DNA from: Cyanobacteriota bacterium
Lineage (GTDB): Bacteria > Cyanobacteriota > Cyanobacteriia > Cyanobacteriales > Nostocaceae
Assembly: GCA_046045965.1 (NCBI GenBank)
Contig: JBJOKS010000004.1
Location: 64,001 to 128,000 of the forward strand
DNA: 64,000 bases
Direction: 5' to 3'
Part shown: piece by piece, positions 59,977 through 64,000 of the stretch
How positions within the stretch are numbered: the first letter of the stretch is position 1
Layout of the letters: each line of letters opens with the position of its first letter
The notes under the pieces: generated by a model
What the model saw: the letters and a program-made list of their open reading frames with translations, nothing else
Databases searched by the model: none
What the model was told of the DNA's origin: nothing
Program-made: the position numbers and the translations under genes

Positions 59977-60140
59977 ATCCGTGTGTTTGATTTACTTGCA
60001 GATAATTCTGACAATCAATTTTCAACTATATATGTCTTTTTGCAGGTAAGGAATACCTCTAAATAATGATTCGGATTACACTACCATGTTAGGGGATTGG
60101 TGATTGGGGAATGGTGACTGGGAGGAGAATGTTAGTTTTC

Positions 60141-60215
60141 GTAGGTTGGGTTGAATAAAGTGAAACCCAACAAACCGTTAGAAACCTTGGGTTTCCTATC
60201 GTCAACCCAACCTAC
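60141..60215. repeat. GTAG-type REP doublet (REPIN-like inverted pair)
   Basis: GTAGGTTGGGTTGA...GAAACCCAA ... TTGGGTTTC...TCAACCCAACCTAC. Confidence 0.75.
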
Positions 60216-60281
60216 ATAATTATATTTTTTTGGCTTAACCGAAAAGTATTGGGTTACTATTTGACTCAGGAGGTATAAGTT

Positions 60282-60743
60282 ATGGAAGAATTGCTGGAAT
60301 TGAAAGAATTGCTTATCAGTGGCAATATTCCTGATGCGTTGCTGCTAGTTGAAGAGATGACGGAAATGAGTAAAGATCACAAGCTGAATAAGATTTTTAG
60401 CTTTAGTATTATTTTACTACTACATTTGATTAAAAAATCAGCAGAAAACCGTTCTAAAAAATATTGGGAATTATCTATTTCTAATTCCGTTAGGCAAATT
60501 CAACGTACTAACAAACGCAGGAAAACAGGTGGCAATTACCTGACTTTACCAGAATTACAGGAAACTCTAGAAGATGCTTATCAATCAGCAATAAATCAGG
60601 CGGCTTTAGAAGCGTTTGAAGGTAGATATGAAGCTGAAGAATTAGCAGCTATGGTAAATAAAGAGATGATATTGGATCAAGCCCTTGCTTTAATTTTGGA
60701 TAATGCAAAATACTCTTATGGAGTGGGTATTTTGTCCACTTGA
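60282..60743 (+). CDS. DUF29 family protein
   Basis: MEELLELKELL...EEMTEMSK...ILLLHLIK...WELSI; GGAGG RBS. Confidence 0.8.
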   Translation: MEELLELKELLISGNIPDALLLVEEMTEMSKDHKLNKIFSFSIILLLHLIKKSAENRSKKYWELSISNSVRQIQRTNKRRKTGGNYLTLPELQETLEDAYQSAINQAALEAFEGRYEAEELAAMVNKEMILDQALALILDNAKYSYGVGILST

Positions 60744-60758
60744 AACAAATCCTGTATT

Positions 60759-60825
60759 TATAGCAGATTGCAGATCAATGAGGTACTTTCGCCAGTTTTA
60801 CTCCTGACTCCTGACTCCTGCTGTA
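60759..60825. mobile_element. MITE-like element (inverted, shorter relative of 50027-50111)
   Basis: TATAGCAG...CTGCTGTA ends; shares AGGAGTAAAAC and GTACCT(C/T)ATTGAT blocks. Confidence 0.6.
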
Positions 60826-60826
60826 T

Positions 60827-61456
60827 TTAAGATAAGGAAAATAATTTCTTGATTTTGTCCGTATCTAACATTTGTTTATCTGGTTGTTTGGGTTCGGATT
60901 TTTCATCTACATAAAAACGATATAACACATTTTCATCTTTAAAATCATGTTCATTATTCAGAGGATGAATCCATTTTTCTGCAATTAATCTCTTGCCAAT
61001 ACCCATAGCTTTTTCATGGGAAATTTTCAGGTATTCTATTAACCAAGCTACGGCTTCACTACCTAAGAAACAATGATGATAAACTCGCAAATTGTACCAA
61101 TGATCTTTAATATTAATTCCTTTCTCGTTCCTCATTTTATTAACTAATGATTTCAGATTAATTTCCGCAACTGGCATATCTTGAATTTTATCAGATTTCT
61201 GTTTCACTTGATCATTTTCCTGCCAAATAACATAATCGGTTTTTTCTTCAACTAAAATGATCAGAAAATGACCTTTATTTTCTAAGGAAATAGCTTTGGC
61301 TTTTTCAATAGCTGCTTGCTTTTCTTCTTTAGGAAAAGAATGCAGTTTAATAAATAATTTATCTCCATAAGATATACCAGCTATGGTTTTTAATTTATCC
61401 CCAATAGTCTGGGTAAGCTGACAATATTTTACTTGTTCAGGGTTGACAAATAGCAT
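60827..61456 (-). CDS. DEP-domain protein
   Basis: IKDHWYNLRVYHHCFLGSEAVAWL...AMGIGKRLI...IH...FKDENVLYRF matches the DEP pattern. Confidence 0.75.
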   Translation of the reverse strand: MLFVNPEQVKYCQLTQTIGDKLKTIAGISYGDKLFIKLHSFPKEEKQAAIEKAKAISLENKGHFLIILVEEKTDYVIWQENDQVKQKSDKIQDMPVAEINLKSLVNKMRNEKGINIKDHWYNLRVYHHCFLGSEAVAWLIEYLKISHEKAMGIGKRLIAEKWIHPLNNEHDFKDENVLYRFYVDEKSEPKQPDKQMLDTDKIKKLFSLS

Positions 61457-61884
61457 AATAATTTAACCTCACTTTGAAAATGAAACCCGATGTTGAAACA
61501 CAACAGTAATCTGAATGTAATAAGACTGTAATTGAGATAGCAACCCTGAAATGATGATGATACTGAGTTATACCTTTCTGTGGTGTCGTTAATTAAAATT
61601 ATACACGATAAAATTATGGTTTGTCACCCAATATACTGTTTTTTTTGAAAATTTACGTGACTATATGCTGAAAATTAAACCTTTTATCACAGAAGTAAGT
61701 AGTCAGTATTCAGGTGTAAAAGCCTGTTTAGCAAGACTTTCATGATAAATTGATGTCCTCACTACTCTGTTACTCTGTCTATGTCTATAATTTGCTGTCT
61801 TTGATTGTAGTTTTATTTGTTACAGCAAATTTTAAAACTAAGTAGATGGTGGATTAAGCAGGAATTAACCCACCAGCAGCGTTT

Positions 61885-64000
61885 TTACACTTCCGATGAT
61901 GCTTCTACTAATTTAACTGTCTTTTTCCCCACTGACACTTTGACTGATTGTTTTTTAGAGAATGTCAATCCATTTTCACCTTTATCTATAAAAATCGTAT
62001 CCCCAGAAATAAAGGTATTCTCTAACAATTTGGTAGCCAGTGGGTTTTCGACTTCCCGCTGAATAGACCTTTTTAGCGGACGTGCGCCATAAACAGGGTC
62101 ATATCCAGCTTCGACTAAATAATCACAAGCAGCCTGTGATATTTCAAAGGAGATTTTTTGCTCTTTGAGCAGTTTTTCCACCCGTTTTAGTTGAATACGG
62201 ATGATATGGCGCATTTCTGAACGACTGAGAGTATGGAACAATATCAGATCATCAACGCGGTTGAGAAATTCAGGACGGAAGTGACTTCTTAAACCTTCCA
62301 TCACTTTATCTCGCATCAAATCATACTTTGAGTCATCACCGGAAACATCAAGAATATGCTCACTACCAATGTTGCTAGTCATGACTATAACTGTATTTCG
62401 GAAATCTACTAACCTTCCTTGAGAGTCAGTAACTCTACCATCATCTAACACCTGAAGCAGAATATTAAACACATCGGGATGGGCTTTTTCTACTTCATCC
62501 AGCAACACCACAGAATAGGGATGACGACGGATAGCTTCGGAAAGTTGACCACCTTCTTCATAACCGATGTATCCAGGAGGCGCACCCACTAAGCGGGAAA
62601 CGGAGTGTTTTTCCATGTACTCGGACATATCTAAACGCACCAAAGCGTCATCGGAATCAAAGAGAAATTGAGCTAAGGCGCGGGCAAGTTCGGTTTTACC
62701 CACTCCAGTTGGTCCCATGAACAAAAATGACCCAATAGGACGAGAGGGGTCTTTCATTCCCGCACGGGCGCGACGAATAGCAGCAGCAACGGCAGCAACA
62801 GCTTCTTCTTGGCCGATAACTCTTTCGTGTAAATGGCTTTCAAGTTTCAGTAATTTCTGGCGTTCTGACTCTAACAGGCGGTTAACTGGTATACCTGTCC
62901 ATTTGGCGACTATTTCGGCAATATCAGCTTCGGTGACTTGTTCCCGTAGCAGGGTAGAACCTTGATTTTGAATTTCTAATAACTGTGTTTCTTTAACTTC
63001 TCGTTCCCTTTGCACTCCTTCCAGCTTGCCATATTTCAATTGTGCAGCTTTGTTTAAGTCATAATCTCTTTCAGCTTGTTCAATTTGCACCCTAAGCGCG
63101 TCTTCTTCTTTTTTTAAAGTGCTGATAGCTTCTAATAATTGCTTTTCACCTTGCCATTGTTCGTTAAATGTTTGTTGTTTAACGGTTAAAGTGGCAATTT
63201 CCTGTTCTATTCGGTCTAAACGTTCCTTCGTTTGCGGTGTAGCTAGTTCTTCCCCTGATAAGGACAGTTTTTCCATTTCTAGCTGCATTAAGCGTCTATC
63301 AATGGTTTCCAGTTCCGCAGGTTTGGAGGTAATTTCCATTTTTAATTTCGCTGCGGCTTCGTCTACTAAGTCAATGGCTTTATCAGGTAAAAACCGATCT
63401 GCAATATAACGGGCTGATAATGTTGCTGCTGCCACTAAAGCGGAATCGGAAATTTTGACGTTATGATGTACTTCATAACGCTCTTTTAAACCACGTAAAA
63501 TAGAAATGGTGTTTTCTACGGTGGGTTGATCTACATATACCTGTTGAAAACGACGTTCTAAAGCTGCATCTTTTTCGATGAATTTACGATATTCGTCTAA
63601 AGTCGTCGCACCAATACAACGCAATTCACCACGGGCTAACATAGGTTTAAGTAAATTACCAGCATCCATTGATCCTTGTTGGTTAGAACCTGCACCAACG
63701 ACGGTATGCAGTTCATCAATAAATAGGACTACTTGCCCGTTAGACTCCGTAACTTCCCGGAGAACATTTTTTAGACGGTCTTCAAATTCACCACGGTATT
63801 TTGCGCCGGCAATTAAACTACCAATATCCAAAGATATCAATTGACGGTTTTTCAAAGACTCAGGAACGTCACCGTTAACCATTCTTTGGGCTAAAGCTTC
63901 AGCGATCGCAGTTTTACCAACGCCAGGTTCACCAATCAAAACTGGGTTATTTTTGCTACGTCTTGATAAAACTTGAATTACTCGCCTAATTTCATCATCA
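61885..64000 (-). CDS. clpB: ATP-dependent chaperone ClpB (5' part outside the window)
   Basis: [14 protein letters not shown], long M-domain coiled coil, [26 protein letters not shown]. Confidence 0.96.
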   Translation of the reverse strand, partial: DDEIRRVIQVLSRRSKNNPVLIGEPGVGKTAIAEALAQRMVNGDVPESLKNRQLISLDIGSLIAGAKYRGEFEDRLKNVLREVTESNGQVVLFIDELHTVVGAGSNQQGSMDAGNLLKPMLARGELRCIGATTLDEYRKFIEKDAALERRFQQVYVDQPTVENTISILRGLKERYEVHHNVKISDSALVAAATLSARYIADRFLPDKAIDLVDEAAAKLKMEITSKPAELETIDRRLMQLEMEKLSLSGEELATPQTKERLDRIEQEIATLTVKQQTFNEQWQGEKQLLEAISTLKKEEDALRVQIEQAERDYDLNKAAQLKYGKLEGVQREREVKETQLLEIQNQGSTLLREQVTEADIAEIVAKWTGIPVNRLLESERQKLLKLESHLHERVIGQEEAVAAVAAAIRRARAGMKDPSRPIGSFLFMGPTGVGKTELARALAQFLFDSDDALVRLDMSEYMEKHSVSRLVGAPPGYIGYEEGGQLSEAIRRHPYSVVLLDEVEKAHPDVFNILLQVLDDGRVTDSQGRLVDFRNTVIVMTSNIGSEHILDVSGDDSKYDLMRDKVMEGLRSHFRPEFLNRVDDLILFHTLSRSEMRHIIRIQLKRVEKLLKEQKISFEISQAACDYLVEAGYDPVYGARPLKRSIQREVENPLATKLLENTFISGDTIFIDKGENGLTFSKKQSVKVSVGKKTVKLVEASSEV

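Overview
The window comes from a cyanobacterium, most likely filamentous Nostocales. Support: frequent HIP1 octamers (GCGATCGC), heptameric STRR arrays, split rpoC1/rpoC2, flv1/flv3 and cphBA. The backbone is housekeeping: hisD, rpsT-tatD-rpoB-rpoC1-rpoC2, flv3-flv1, coaX, argH, larB, trmD-ispF, cphB-cphA with two perfect NtcA boxes, tatA, cbiT, cdsA, rodZ-like, malQ, htpG and a partial clpB. The best candidate for an undescribed system is an AT-rich block between cphA and tatA (about 38.4-45.5 kb) in which I saw no HIP1 sites. It holds a HigBA toxin-antitoxin pair and a four-gene co-directional cluster: an atypical dynamin-like GTPase plus three uncharacterised membrane or coiled-coil proteins. 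An orphan DUF433 gene and an Rpn-like remnant follow. Other notable items: an HTH-NB-ARC-TPR (STAND) protein divergent from a small secreted protein; an Arg-rich uORF and hairpin in the cyanophycin operon leader; a multi-stem structure in the long rpoB leader; an unannotated small ORF plus candidate sRNA near 20 kb; small repeats apparently inserted in frame into rpoC2 and flv3; a pentapeptide-RidA fusion; several gene remnants; and several miniature repeat families. No rRNA, tRNA, CRISPR array, integrase or intact transposase was recognised. All family assignments come from motif recognition by eye, with no database searches.
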